This document shows positions 18,903-27,930 of a stretch of DNA of 32,000 nucleotides, piece by piece. Under the pieces are notes generated by a model. It saw nothing but the letters and a program-made list of their open reading frames with translations, made no database searches and was not told where the DNA came from. Made by a program: the position numbers and the translations under genes. The stretch comes from Candidatus Saccharimonadota bacterium (GTDB lineage: Bacteria; Patescibacteriota; Microgenomatia; UBA1406; GWC2-37-13), in assembly GCA_016700135.1 (NCBI GenBank), contig CP065004.1:840001-872000 (forward strand). The letters run 5' to 3'. Every line of letters begins with the position of its first letter. Positions within the stretch are counted from its first letter, which is position 1.

Positions 18903-19951
18903 CATTGCAGGATTTTTACAAACAACACCAACCGAAACTGATTGAACATATCTACGAAAATCTTGACCAAACCTATAAAAATTATCCACTTCCTGTAGGA
19001 GCAAAAGGAATTCAAATGGTGCGAAAGTCAGTAGCACAGGGAAAAATGATTAGAGGAATGCTCGTTTTGATGAGCGCTCAGATGCACGGCGTTCAAATTA
19101 CGGATGAGCTCTACGATCTTGCAGCGGCGGTTGAAATTCTTCATACCGGATTTCTGATTCACGATGACATCATGGACAATGATTACAAAAGAAGAAATCA
19201 GGATTCAGTATATTATCAGTACATTAAAGAAGGAAAACGGCGAAAAGCAAATGATCCGGAGCATTACGGTATGTCAATGGCGATGTGTCTCGGAGATATG
19301 ATCTTCTTTCTCGTATTTGAGATTATTTCTAAAAAAATTAAGGATCCTGAGCTTGTGCAATGTATCATCGGATATATCAGCCAGGAAGTTCAGCATATTG
19401 GGCCTGCACAGATGATGGACGCAGCCTATGGGTTGATTACCAAAGATCCCAGTGCGACGGAAATTGACGAAATTTATACTTATAAAACTGCCCATTATAC
19501 ATTCTCACTCCCACTTATTCTCGGTGCTGTTTTTTCTTCATACGTGCGGTTGCCGCTTCTCAAAGATCTCGGATGCCAGATGGGAATTATTTTTCAACTC
19601 AGAGATGATGAACTCGGCATTTTCGGAACTACTAAAGAGATCGGTAAGCTGGTCGGGTCAGACATCCGGGAAAATAAAAAAACATTAATCCGCCATCTTT
19701 TGTGTAAGCGTGCCAATAAAGAGTCTCGGAAAAAATTGACCACAATTTTCGGAAATTCGGATATTTCTCAGGCTGATATTACTTTGGTCAGGAACATGAT
19801 ACACGAATATGGTGTTCTGAGCGAAATCAATAAACAGATACTCAAGCGCAAAAAAAAGATAGAATCTTATCTGGCTGAACTTTCTGAGGACGGGATAGAT
19901 GTCTCTCTGCTTGGTGAACTTCTGATATTTATTATTTCCCGAAAGAAATGA
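18899..19951 (+). CDS. Polyprenyl (geranylgeranyl) diphosphate synthase
   Basis: LIHDDIMDND (first Asp-rich motif) and FQLRDDELG (second motif). ATGA overlap with crtB. Confidence 0.85.
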   Translation: MTLQDFYKQHQPKLIEHIYENLDQTYKNYPLPVGAKGIQMVRKSVAQGKMIRGMLVLMSAQMHGVQITDELYDLAAAVEILHTGFLIHDDIMDNDYKRRNQDSVYYQYIKEGKRRKANDPEHYGMSMAMCLGDMIFFLVFEIISKKIKDPELVQCIIGYISQEVQHIGPAQMMDAAYGLITKDPSATEIDEIYTYKTAHYTFSLPLILGAVFSSYVRLPLLKDLGCQMGIIFQLRDDELGIFGTTKEIGKLVGSDIRENKKTLIRHLLCKRANKESRKKLTTIFGNSDISQADITLVRNMIHEYGVLSEINKQILKRKKKIESYLAELSEDGIDVSLLGELLIFIISRKK

Positions 19952-20766
19952 TAAAAACGATTCTCTTCATCTCCCGGCCCCGTTTTTGGATATATCTTCT
20001 CGGTCCGTTTCTTGTCGGGTTCGTAGCAGCTGCCGGTATTTCGGATGCAGTTGTATCACCCGTTTTTTGGTATGGTTTTTTCTTTTTCCTGTTGCCCGCA
20101 AACGTTTTCTTGTACGGAGTGAATGACTTTTTTGACGGTGATACAGACATACATAATGAGAAAAAGGGTATAAAAGAATCTTTGATGAGAGCTTCTGATA
20201 GAGCTTTTTACATGAGGGTATCTTTAATATCCTTTTTGTTTGCCTTGCCGTTTTTTTTGTTCCTGGATACTCAATCCACATTGCTGCTCGCAGTATTTTT
20301 TTTGCTTGCATTTTTTTACAGTGCTCCTCCGCTTCGATTAAAGGCGAAACCGTTTCTGGATTTTATCAGCAATATTTTGTACATACTTCCCGGAGTCATT
20401 ATTTACCAGCAAATTACTAAAGAAACGGTACCTCTTATACTGCTTATTGCAGCAGGATGTTGGGCAGGAGCGATGCATTTGTATTCTGCCATACCGGACA
20501 TTAAGGCAGACCGAAAAGCGGGATTAATTACAACTGCAGTTTTGCTGGAGAAAAAAAATAGTCTGGTTTTATGTATGATTTTATGGGGAGTAACAGCATT
20601 TATTGTGTCAGGAATATCACCGGTGCTGTCTTTAGCCTGGATATATCCTCTCATTGTTGCAGCCGTTTACGCAGGATATATGTCCCTTAAAAAAACGTAC
20701 TGGTATTTCCCCTGGATTAATTTGTTGTTAGGTTTTTTATTATTTATCTATGTCGCACTGGTATAA
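19948..20766 (+). CDS. UbiA-family prenyltransferase, lycopene-elongase-like (LyeJ/CrtEb-like) by context
   Basis: NDFFDGDTDIHN (NDxxDxxxD), ~8 TM helices, 272 aa. ATGA overlap with the upstream synthase. It sits between carotenoid genes. Confidence 0.7.
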   Translation: MIKTILFISRPRFWIYLLGPFLVGFVAAAGISDAVVSPVFWYGFFFFLLPANVFLYGVNDFFDGDTDIHNEKKGIKESLMRASDRAFYMRVSLISFLFALPFFLFLDTQSTLLLAVFFLLAFFYSAPPLRLKAKPFLDFISNILYILPGVIIYQQITKETVPLILLIAAGCWAGAMHLYSAIPDIKADRKAGLITTAVLLEKKNSLVLCMILWGVTAFIVSGISPVLSLAWIYPLIVAAVYAGYMSLKKTYWYFPWINLLLGFLLFIYVALV

Positions 20767-21481
20767 CTACACAGTTGTTGTGGTGATGCTTTTCTCATTG
20801 TTAGCATCGTTCTTTGTCAGCCGAATCGGAATTGATTCAGAGCTTTGGATTGTCTCATTGATTTTCATGTCTCTTTTCGCACTCCCATCCTTCATCTCAA
20901 TAGTTCGTCTCAATAGAAAGAGAGCCTTTCTGACACTTACTTCCTTAAGCGTTGCGAGCCTGACAATCGAATCGTTTGCCATCAAAACAGGGTTTCCGTA
21001 CGGAGCTTTTTACTATCAGGATAGTTTGGGCCCAAAAATCCTGGGTTTGGCACCGCTTGCGGTACCGCTTGGGTGGATTCCGCTTGTTCTCGGATCATAT
21101 GCCCTTGTCAGACGACTCAGAATACCGTTTACTTACGTAAATACTGCAGTGCTTCTCGTTTTACTTGATATGGTTATCGATCCGGGATCGTTTGCGCTGG
21201 GTATTTGGATCTGGCGAACACCGGGAGCGTTTTACGGCGTACCCTTGCAGAATTTTGTAGGATGGTTTTTTTCCGGTTTGATAGGAGCGTGGATTGCTCA
21301 CTTCTTTATTGGAAAAATTATTCAAAAAGCGCACTACTCAATGATAATCTTAAGTCTCGTCGGACCCGTGAGCTTCTGGACAGGGATTGCGTTTTTCAAG
21401 GCACTGTGGATCCCGGTAATGCTGGGCTGTTGCCTATTGTGGTTAATGTTTTTCTCAGTTAGAGTTCGAAGTCAGCAGTGA
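20750..21481 (+). CDS. Carotenoid biosynthesis membrane protein (DUF422/CruF-like 1,2-hydratase family)
   Basis: ESFAIKTGFPYGAFYY and DMVIDPGSFALGIWIW...GAFYGVPLQNFVGWF resemble the Caroten_synth/CruF family. 17-nt overlap with the upstream gene. Confidence 0.7.
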   Translation: MSHWYNYTVVVVMLFSLLASFFVSRIGIDSELWIVSLIFMSLFALPSFISIVRLNRKRAFLTLTSLSVASLTIESFAIKTGFPYGAFYYQDSLGPKILGLAPLAVPLGWIPLVLGSYALVRRLRIPFTYVNTAVLLVLLDMVIDPGSFALGIWIWRTPGAFYGVPLQNFVGWFFSGLIGAWIAHFFIGKIIQKAHYSMIILSLVGPVSFWTGIAFFKALWIPVMLGCCLLWLMFFSVRVRSQQ

Positions 21482-22265
21482 TTTTTTTGTTTGCCCGCTC
21501 TTTGATGTGAGCTTTGACTTCGATGTATTTTTCAATACCTGAGTTTTTAAGCTTGCTTCTCAAAAGCTGATCAGTTTGGAAAATACCTGCTGAGCTGTTC
21601 ATGTAGATATCAACCACAATCGGTCGTTCTTCCCCTTCACTGACAGTTACTTTATCAATTGCCATAGCTGATATCGAGTGGATTTCCATCCGCCCGGCCT
21701 CAAAAGGAAGTCGCGATCGTCCTTCACTCATATCCAGCGCGTCAGCGACGCGAAGAATTCCGCCTTCAATAGTTGATGGCTTTCCCCCGCTTCGGTGATT
21801 GATAATGGCATGCAAAGTTTCTGCGATGACAATTGTTTTTTCCTCAATCGGCAGGAAATCTATCAGTTCTCTCAGAAGGGTATGTGTCATGAAAAGACTG
21901 AACTCCTCGTGTCCTTCACGGTTTGCTGACATTCCGATATCGTGAAGCAAACTTGCCAACAGCACCACAAGTTCTGCGTGATCCCGGGTAAGTTTAAAAT
22001 CTTTGACGATGGAGGGCTCGATACCGTTTTTGGCAAGAATTCGAAGCAGTCGAAGCGACAGATTCGAAACGATCTGGAAATGAACCGGCCCGTGGTCAGT
22101 CATTTTCAGACGATCAATTGCGTTTGTGTTTATAATATTCCAGAGTGTGCGAATCTCAACATTGGTATTGACCATATCGAGTGCTTTTTCTAAAAGCTTA
22201 TTGTTTTTTGTCGGGACATGTATAGAAATACTGTCCGGCGACGGTTTTTGTGTTACCGTTTTCAT
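21459..22265 (-). CDS. HD-domain phosphohydrolase
   Basis: HGPVHFQIV ... LLHDIGMS (H...HD) motifs; 268 aa. Confidence 0.8.
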   Translation of the reverse strand: MKTVTQKPSPDSISIHVPTKNNKLLEKALDMVNTNVEIRTLWNIINTNAIDRLKMTDHGPVHFQIVSNLSLRLLRILAKNGIEPSIVKDFKLTRDHAELVVLLASLLHDIGMSANREGHEEFSLFMTHTLLRELIDFLPIEEKTIVIAETLHAIINHRSGGKPSTIEGGILRVADALDMSEGRSRLPFEAGRMEIHSISAMAIDKVTVSEGEERPIVVDIYMNSSAGIFQTDQLLRSKLKNSGIEKYIEVKAHIKERANKKITADFEL

Positions 22266-22291
22266 AATAAATAATATGTTAATAATTCAAG

Positions 22292-22432
22292 TTACGGTTC
22301 AATTACTGCGGTCGGAGTTGCGGAGTTTGCGTCCGCTTGTTCTGTGGCCTTGTACTGGATGTACAAATAAAGAGTAAGCAGGAAGATAATAAGTACGGTG
22401 ATCGTAATAACTATACTAGTGAGTATCTTCAT
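22292..22432 (-). CDS. Possible 46-aa single-TM protein
   Basis: MKILTSIVITITVLIIFLLTLYLYIQYKATEQADANSATPTAVIEP*. It is below the ORF-track cutoff and rests only on ORF and hydrophobicity. Confidence 0.3.
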   Translation of the reverse strand: MKILTSIVITITVLIIFLLTLYLYIQYKATEQADANSATPTAVIEP

Positions 22433-22518
22433 GTAGTGATATTATATCACTCACGATTTTCTTAATCAATAAAACTATCTAATACTAGATCAATCCAGTA
22501 GTCAGATAGCTTCAGGGA

Positions 22519-22815
22519 TTAATAGTTTCTTCTTTTGAAAGAACCGCGATCATTACTTCGTTCTTCGCGCGGTCTTGCAATAGTGACGACTATTTTTCGT
22601 CCGTCAATTTCTTTTTCATTCATTTCTTCAATAGCTCTTTGTGCTGATGCATCATCTGCGAATGTGACAAATCCGAAACCCTTTGATCGGTTGGTCTGTC
22701 TGTCCATGATAATGATAGCTTCAGAGATCTCTCCGAACTGTGAAAATAATTCGTTCAGTGACGAATCATTCATTGACCAAGGTAAATTCCCTACGTATAT
22801 TTTATTTTGCTGCAT
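22519..22815 (-). CDS. RRM-domain RNA-binding protein
   Basis: RNP2 IYVGNLPW and RNP1 KGFGFVTF, with a basic RG-type tail. Confidence 0.9.
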   Translation of the reverse strand: MQQNKIYVGNLPWSMNDSSLNELFSQFGEISEAIIIMDRQTNRSKGFGFVTFADDASAQRAIEEMNEKEIDGRKIVVTIARPREERSNDRGSFKRRNY

Positions 22816-22842
22816 TTGTGTATCACCGTCCTTTCTAAGTGC

Positions 22843-23142
22843 TTAACGTCTATTTCTTCGTTGATAATGTGAAAAAAATGTATGACCTTTTCGGTCGACT
22901 GAATGGATTTCCGTAACTCTAATCCTGCTTCCGTTTACTAGTTTATTATTCAATGTTGCTATAGCGTCATTTGCAACCTTGTCTGATGTCATTGTAATAT
23001 ATGCCGTATCATTATTCTGTTTAAAACCGATTTTTCTATTCAGTTCAACAGAGACAACTTCACCTACGGTTGAAAAAAGTGTTTTGAGATTTTCTTCGGT
23101 TGTATCTGCTGAGATTCTTCCGACGTATACGATATTTGACAT
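22843..23142 (-). CDS. Divergent RRM-like RNA-binding protein
   Basis: VYVGRISADTTEENLKTLFSTVGEV resembles RNP2 and helix 1. The canonical RNP1 is absent (NDTAYITM). It lies in tandem with the RRM gene above. Confidence 0.6.
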   Translation of the reverse strand: MSNIVYVGRISADTTEENLKTLFSTVGEVVSVELNRKIGFKQNNDTAYITMTSDKVANDAIATLNNKLVNGSRIRVTEIHSVDRKGHTFFSHYQRRNRR

Positions 23143-23403
23143 GAATTAATGTTCTTCAGAGGAGAAATGGAAGTGCGAGAAATAATGTCTTTAGCTTACA
23201 AGTTCATCCAAGATAAGGATAGTATATCAGTTTGTTTGCCAAATAGCAAAAAAATAATCTTAAGAGCCGAATGTAAAGGCAAAATATGTAAAGTTGCCGT
23301 TAGATAATCTCTATGTCAAGCATCTTTCTATTTTCTTGTCAAATCCTTACTTATTCTGTACGAAAGGTTGACTATTGCTTCATTTTCTCACGATAAACTG
23401 TTA

Positions 23404-24121
23404 GGCTCTAGACTAGCACATTAACAATTTGTAATAGTTCATTGCAAAGGATCGATGGGGATTTGCTCCATCTCCATTCACCTCTTTCAAGTGTAATGGA
23501 AAGTTTTTCTTTACACCATTGAACTTAACGAGACGTCTTTACAAAAGGACCAGAATGACTCTATGCCATTGATATGGACCCCTTTGTATTTGAGAACTCA
23601 TTTTTCTTGTGATTGATTCTCAAATGTTTGTCATACCTGACATCAATACAAGTCCGTTGTATCCGCTCCACGAATCTGAATATACAGTACTGTTCAAGTT
23701 AATCTTTCCCTTCATAACAGCATGTAGCGTTCTTTTCTTTACAGTTTGGAATGATACGAGTAAATACACGTCCTTGACGCTCATATATCCTGGGGCCACT
23801 ACCTGCTTAAAATGACGTCCCACGACCTCTTTACTTGACTTGCCTCTCATCCTTCGAGGTCCAAGTATGATTCATCAATTTCTATCTCACCACCAACATA
23901 TCGTTGCATCTGGTGCACTTGGTGATGATATATGAGTTCGACGAATATTATTGTAATATTTGTTGACTGTATTGCGGTTGAGACCCAAAATACCAGAGGT
24001 CTGTGTAGCACTCAGATCGTGTACAAACACCATAGTATCTTTTTCTCTTGTATTTTGATATCGGCCTATTGTTACAAAACCATACCTCTAGTTTAGCACT
24101 ACTTTCTGCTAGTCTAGAGCC
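23404..24121 (-). mobile_element. Decayed copy of the IS1595-like element (transposase pseudogene)
   Basis: It is the reverse complement of 29608-30322 over its full length and keeps both 15-bp terminal inverted repeats (GGCTCTAGACTAGCA at 23404-23418; its complement at 24107-24121). About a dozen 1-2-nt indels break the transposase frame. ORFs 23609-23815 and 23620-23850 are fragments of it. Confidence 0.9.
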
Positions 24122-25078
24122 TTACTAATAATCCTAATGAGAAATTTCTCTCATGATTCTCTGTTCGCAAGCCAAACTGAAAATGATAATCGAGGCGTTA
24201 ATGTTAAACGGGGCTTACGCAATAAATGCCAGATAGAATTCGTCCAGGTGTTGCACCGATAGGCTATAGAAACGTCTTGAGAGCTAATAGATTTCAACCG
24301 TTGAACAAGACCCGAACGGGCACCAATAATCAAGAAAATATTTGAAAAAGTAGCCTATCAAGGATTCTCAGGACGAATGGTTAAAAAGTGGCTTGATGAT
24401 ATTGATTCACTACCAAGAGTGGATGCAAGATGCCTCTTAGCAAAGTCTATGTAGTACTGCAAACTCCTTTTATTATGGTGAATTTAAGTACGGTGAGAAT
24501 TGGTATAAAGGGACGTAAGAACCACTGATAACCAAGCGCTCTTGAAAGAGTGCAAATTCAACTTCAGGTTGCACCGAGACAGTGGAACAAACAGCTATTC
24601 CCATTCAAGAAAATCTGTATTCATGCGGCTCATGCGGTGAAGTGTCACCGCAGAAATAAAGTATCGAAGAACAAAAGCGAATAAAGTGAATAGCCATATT
24701 TATTACCATTGTAATAGGATTAAAAAGTATGATTGTCCTGAGCCATACATTACTGAGCAAGAATTAATAAACCAATTAATCGGACATCTACCAAAAATAC
24801 GACTTAACACTTCATATTTACTGCAAGAATTCGATGTCGAGGTTAAAAGGCTACAGCATTTAAAAGCAGCAGTAATTGACGGATATACACCAAGAGCTGA
24901 ATTAACACCACATAACAACGGACAGATTGAATTAAAATATGACGAATCAAAAACAGAGATGCTTAAAGAATATTTGCTTCATGTCCTTCAATACGGCACA
25001 CCTGAAGAACGAGTCAAAATATTAAAAGGCGTTAACTCCAGATTTATCCTCGCAGACCGCCAACTTTCACTCCAGTAG
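24122..25078 (+). pseudogene. Large serine recombinase, C-terminal two-thirds (frameshifted); continuation of 30323-30692
   Basis: It reads out of the IS end as TNNPNEKFL.. LMILCSQAKL.. NVKRGLRNK.. RPGVAPIGYRN.. IIKKIFEKVAYQGFSGRMVKKWLDD.. in shifting frames. The intact tail is NSHIYYHCNRIKKYDCPEPYITEQELINQL... (ORF 24686-25078), a zinc-ribbon/coiled-coil region. Confidence 0.75.
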
Positions 25079-25325
25079 TTTTCTTCAATTGCTAACCCTT
25101 ACCAGAATGACAAGATTCGAACGGAAAAAAGTAGTTTTTGTGCTGTTCTGAGCGTTTTTGCTAAAAAGCTTAGAACCGAGTGCATTTCCCTTATAGGTAT
25201 TTTCGGCGATTTTCACCTCTCTAGGATATGTTTGGAGTATTCAATAATTGCAGGCTCTTTTTAGCAAGTAACATCAAGCTAATCGAGCATAGGAGTTAGG
25301 TCTTGAAGCAACTCAAGGCTCTATG

Positions 25326-25411
25326 CGGAGGAGGCGGGATTCGAACCCGCGAGTCCATTGCTGGACGCAGACTTTCCAGGTCTGTGGAATAAACCGCTAT
25401 CCGACTCCTCC
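25326..25411 (-). tRNA. tRNA-Ser (anticodon GGA)
   Basis: GGAGGAGTCGGATAGCGGTTTATTCCACAGACCTGGAAAGTCTGCGTCCAGCAATGGACTCGCGGGTTCGAATCCCGCCTCCTCCG. It has a 7-bp acceptor stem, the CAGAC/GTCTG anticodon stem with loop CTGGAAA, a long variable arm (GTCCA-GCAA-TGGAC) and the GCGGG/CCCGC T stem. No CCA is encoded. Confidence 0.9.
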
Positions 25412-25510
25412 TGAAGTAGTTGTATTGTATCAAATAACACTTCCTAATACAGCGTATTGCTTTAATTACGTAAGAAAAACCCGTGTTCATTTTTGATCTA
25501 TTTCGTCATA

Positions 25511-25539
25511 TTGACTCTGAAACGATCGTTTCATATACT
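25511..25539 (+). promoter_or_regulatory. lexA promoter (TTGACT-N17-TATACT) with a perfect palindrome GAAACGATCGTTTC in the spacer (candidate SOS box)
   Basis: TTGACT at 25511-25516 and TATACT at 25534-25539. The 14-bp palindrome at 25519-25532 resembles the Gram-positive GAAC-N4-GTTC LexA operator. Confidence 0.5.
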
Positions 25540-25575
25540 GATATATATAAATGTTAAAAATTCATATATGGACTT

Positions 25576-26151
25576 ATGGAACAAGATTTATTGACGCCGC
25601 TAAAAAATTTTTACCGTAAAAACAGGCGTTTGCCGTCATACTCGGAAATGCTCAAAATATTCAATGTTGCTTCCAAAAGAACTATCTATGAATATGTCCA
25701 GCAGCTTATTGACGAAGGGTTTATCAAACGGGTAAATAAAAAACTTTCACCGACAAAACGTTTTTTCGCTTTGCCGGTCCTCGGTATGATTCAGGCGGGA
25801 TTTCCGATTCTTGCACAACAAAGCAGAAGCTACCTCACGCTTGATGAATATTTTATTGAGAAACCTGATAATTCTTTTTTACTTAAAGTACACGGTGATT
25901 CGATGATCAATGCCGGGATATTTGAAGGAGATCTCGTCGTAATCGAGCAGAAAGGCGATTTCCGGGCAGGAGATATCGTACTTGCCGAAATTGACAATGA
26001 GTGGACCTTAAAGATTCTGAAAAAAGAAAAAGGGAAAACATTTCTCGAAGCTGCCAATCCGATGTATCCGCCTTTTTATCCGAAACGGGAATTGAAGATC
26101 CATGGAATAGTACGGGCCGTTATGAGAAAACTTGGCGGGATGGCTAACTAA
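25576..26151 (+). CDS. lexA: LexA repressor (S24 peptidase)
   Basis: N-terminal winged-helix domain. GDSMINAGI carries the catalytic Ser and EWTLKILKK the Lys region. Confidence 0.9.
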   Translation: MEQDLLTPLKNFYRKNRRLPSYSEMLKIFNVASKRTIYEYVQQLIDEGFIKRVNKKLSPTKRFFALPVLGMIQAGFPILAQQSRSYLTLDEYFIEKPDNSFLLKVHGDSMINAGIFEGDLVVIEQKGDFRAGDIVLAEIDNEWTLKILKKEKGKTFLEAANPMYPPFYPKRELKIHGIVRAVMRKLGGMAN

Positions 26152-26164
26152 AGAACAGAACTGA

Positions 26165-26193
26165 TTGACAACCTTCTTATAGTTCTATATACT
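26165..26193 (+). promoter_or_regulatory. Near-consensus promoter TTGACA-N17-TATACT abutting the start codon (leaderless-type)
   Basis: TTGACA at 26165-26170 and TATACT at 26188-26193. ATGs at 26197 and 26203 lie 4 and 10 nt after the -10 box. Confidence 0.5.
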
Positions 26194-26196
26194 GAA

Positions 26197-27930
26197 ATGC
26201 ATATGGAACTATTGGGTTTCCTCAGTATTATTCTGTCTCTTGTTGCTCTTTTTAAGGTCAACAGCCTCAGTAAAAAAATCGATTCTCTTACAAATCCTGT
26301 TACATCTCCATCTCAAGCTGAAACACAAGTATCCGCTACACAGAAAGCGCCTCAGGTTTCAACACAAAGTATTCAAAAACCTACAAGAACTCTTCCTGTT
26401 ACTGAAAAAGGACCGGTTGAAAAGTTTTTTGCCTGGTATGCCCATGAATGGCCTCTCAAGACAGGAGCATTTTTCATTCTTCTGGGATTTTTGTGGCTTG
26501 TGACTTATGCCTTCCTCAACAACTGGATCGGGCCTGCAGGGCGGATCACATTCGGGATAATTGCCGGAGCACTGGTACTGCTTTTCGGTGAAAGACGAAT
26601 GCAGAAATTCAAAACCCAGGGAATCACTCTCATCGGACTTGGAGCCGGTATCGTGATTATCACCACATATGCCGCTCAGGAAGTGTACCAAATGTTCCCG
26701 CCGCAGCTGGCACTGACTTTTATGGTACTTACAATGATATATACATCCTTTGTCAGCTTGAGGTATAAGGTACTGTCGCTGGCAGTTTTCAGTCTTTGTA
26801 TCGGTGGAATTGCACCGCTTCTCATCGGTTCCGAAGAAAAAAGCATCGTAGGTCTTTACGGATATCTGCTTGCCGTGGTCATAAGTAATATATGGATTGC
26901 AAGATACGGTAAATGGAAAATCCTGTCATTCCTTTCTGTTGTCCTTATATCACTCTACAGCGTAACCTTTTTTATATCATCTGCAGAAACTCTGAAAACG
27001 ACATTATCTCCGAAAGAATTTCTTGAGATCAGCTTTTTTGCCGTCACATTCTGCAGTCTCTTTTATTTTTCAACCCTTGCATCGATCATTACATCACGCA
27101 AAGCAACTACAATCGACCTCCAGACTGCAGCACTTGTCGGATTTTTTAGTCTTGCATGGATAAATGCACTGACCATGCCGGTTTATAAAAGCGTAGTGGT
27201 CCTGATTGCCACTTTTGCTTATGCAGGCGGCGCGTATATGGTATATCTCCGGACGAAGATCCCTTCGGCTGTGCAGGTGTATACGGTTGTCTCAATGATT
27301 TTACTTGCCGTTGCAACAGCATTTGAATTTGACGGCCCTGCATTGACCATTGCATTTTCTATTGAAGCCCTCATCCTCCCGATCATCTCAAGTCGCCTCC
27401 TTGGTACAACCATGACCAAGTACATGCTGCTGTATCATATCCTGCCGATCGCTCTGGGAATCAACGCCCTTGCCGGTCTAAGCGATATGCACTTTGCCCG
27501 GGAATTTACCATCCTGCTTTTTGTCACGCTTTCTACATTCCTGTCCGGGTGCTATTTTTATTATGCTGACGGAAAAGAAGACCACGATCTTCACAGCGCT
27601 TCAATACTGCTTGTAATTGTAGGTGCAGTTTACGGACTGCTTTTGATCTGGAGGACTACAAGTGAAATCATTCCTATCACGTATTTTGCCCGAGCCGTAG
27701 CGCTGGTCCTTTATACCGTTATCGGACTTTCGAGTTATGTTGTTGCAGGTTTGCAGGATCGTCCCGTACTGAAAAAATTCGGTTTAGGCCTCCTAATTGC
27801 CGTAATTGGAAGACTCTTAGTTGTTGAGATATGGAGCATGGAACTGACCGGACGAATTATTACATTTTTCCTCATCGGACTCCTATTTATCGGATCCGTA
27901 TTGATGGGCAAAACGAAAAAAACAGCATGA
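26197..27930 (+). CDS. Large polytopic membrane protein (DUF2339-like)
   Basis: 577 aa. An N-terminal TM helix is followed by a polar linker and more than 15 TM helices (FFAWYAHEWPLKTGAFFILLGFLWLVTYAF...). The start may be ATG 26203 if the mRNA is leaderless. Confidence 0.75.
   Translation: MHMELLGFLSIILSLVALFKVNSLSKKIDSLTNPVTSPSQAETQVSATQKAPQVSTQSIQKPTRTLPVTEKGPVEKFFAWYAHEWPLKTGAFFILLGFLWLVTYAFLNNWIGPAGRITFGIIAGALVLLFGERRMQKFKTQGITLIGLGAGIVIITTYAAQEVYQMFPPQLALTFMVLTMIYTSFVSLRYKVLSLAVFSLCIGGIAPLLIGSEEKSIVGLYGYLLAVVISNIWIARYGKWKILSFLSVVLISLYSVTFFISSAETLKTTLSPKEFLEISFFAVTFCSLFYFSTLASIITSRKATTIDLQTAALVGFFSLAWINALTMPVYKSVVVLIATFAYAGGAYMVYLRTKIPSAVQVYTVVSMILLAVATAFEFDGPALTIAFSIEALILPIISSRLLGTTMTKYMLLYHILPIALGINALAGLSDMHFAREFTILLFVTLSTFLSGCYFYYADGKEDHDLHSASILLVIVGAVYGLLLIWRTTSEIIPITYFARAVALVLYTVIGLSSYVVAGLQDRPVLKKFGLGLLIAVIGRLLVVEIWSMELTGRIITFFLIGLLFIGSVLMGKTKKTA

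Noticed and set aside
22435-22449. Palindrome GTGATATTATATCAC downstream of the RRM gene, as a terminator or operator
   Set aside because: It is an AT-rich 7-bp stem without a following U-tract on the relevant strand. Such a palindrome could arise by chance in AT-rich intergenic DNA.
23609-23850. ORFs 23609-23815 (+) and 23620-23850 (-)
   Set aside because: The minus-strand ORF is a fragment of the decayed IS1595-like transposase. The plus-strand ORF is its antisense shadow.
24686-25078. 130-aa ORF as an independent gene
   Set aside because: It is the still-open C-terminal fragment (zinc-ribbon/coiled-coil) of the decayed large serine recombinase. Upstream sequence in other frames continues the same protein.
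25100-25130. tRNA-like fragment (GATTCGAACGG; TTCGAATC on the minus strand) as an att-site remnant
   Set aside because: It shares only ~9 nt with the T-loop of tRNA-Ser, and no flanking stem or acceptor similarity is present. That is too short to distinguish from chance.
25296-25490. 64-aa minus-strand ORF
   Set aside because: It is fully explained by the tRNA-Ser(GGA) gene at 25326-25411 and its flanks.
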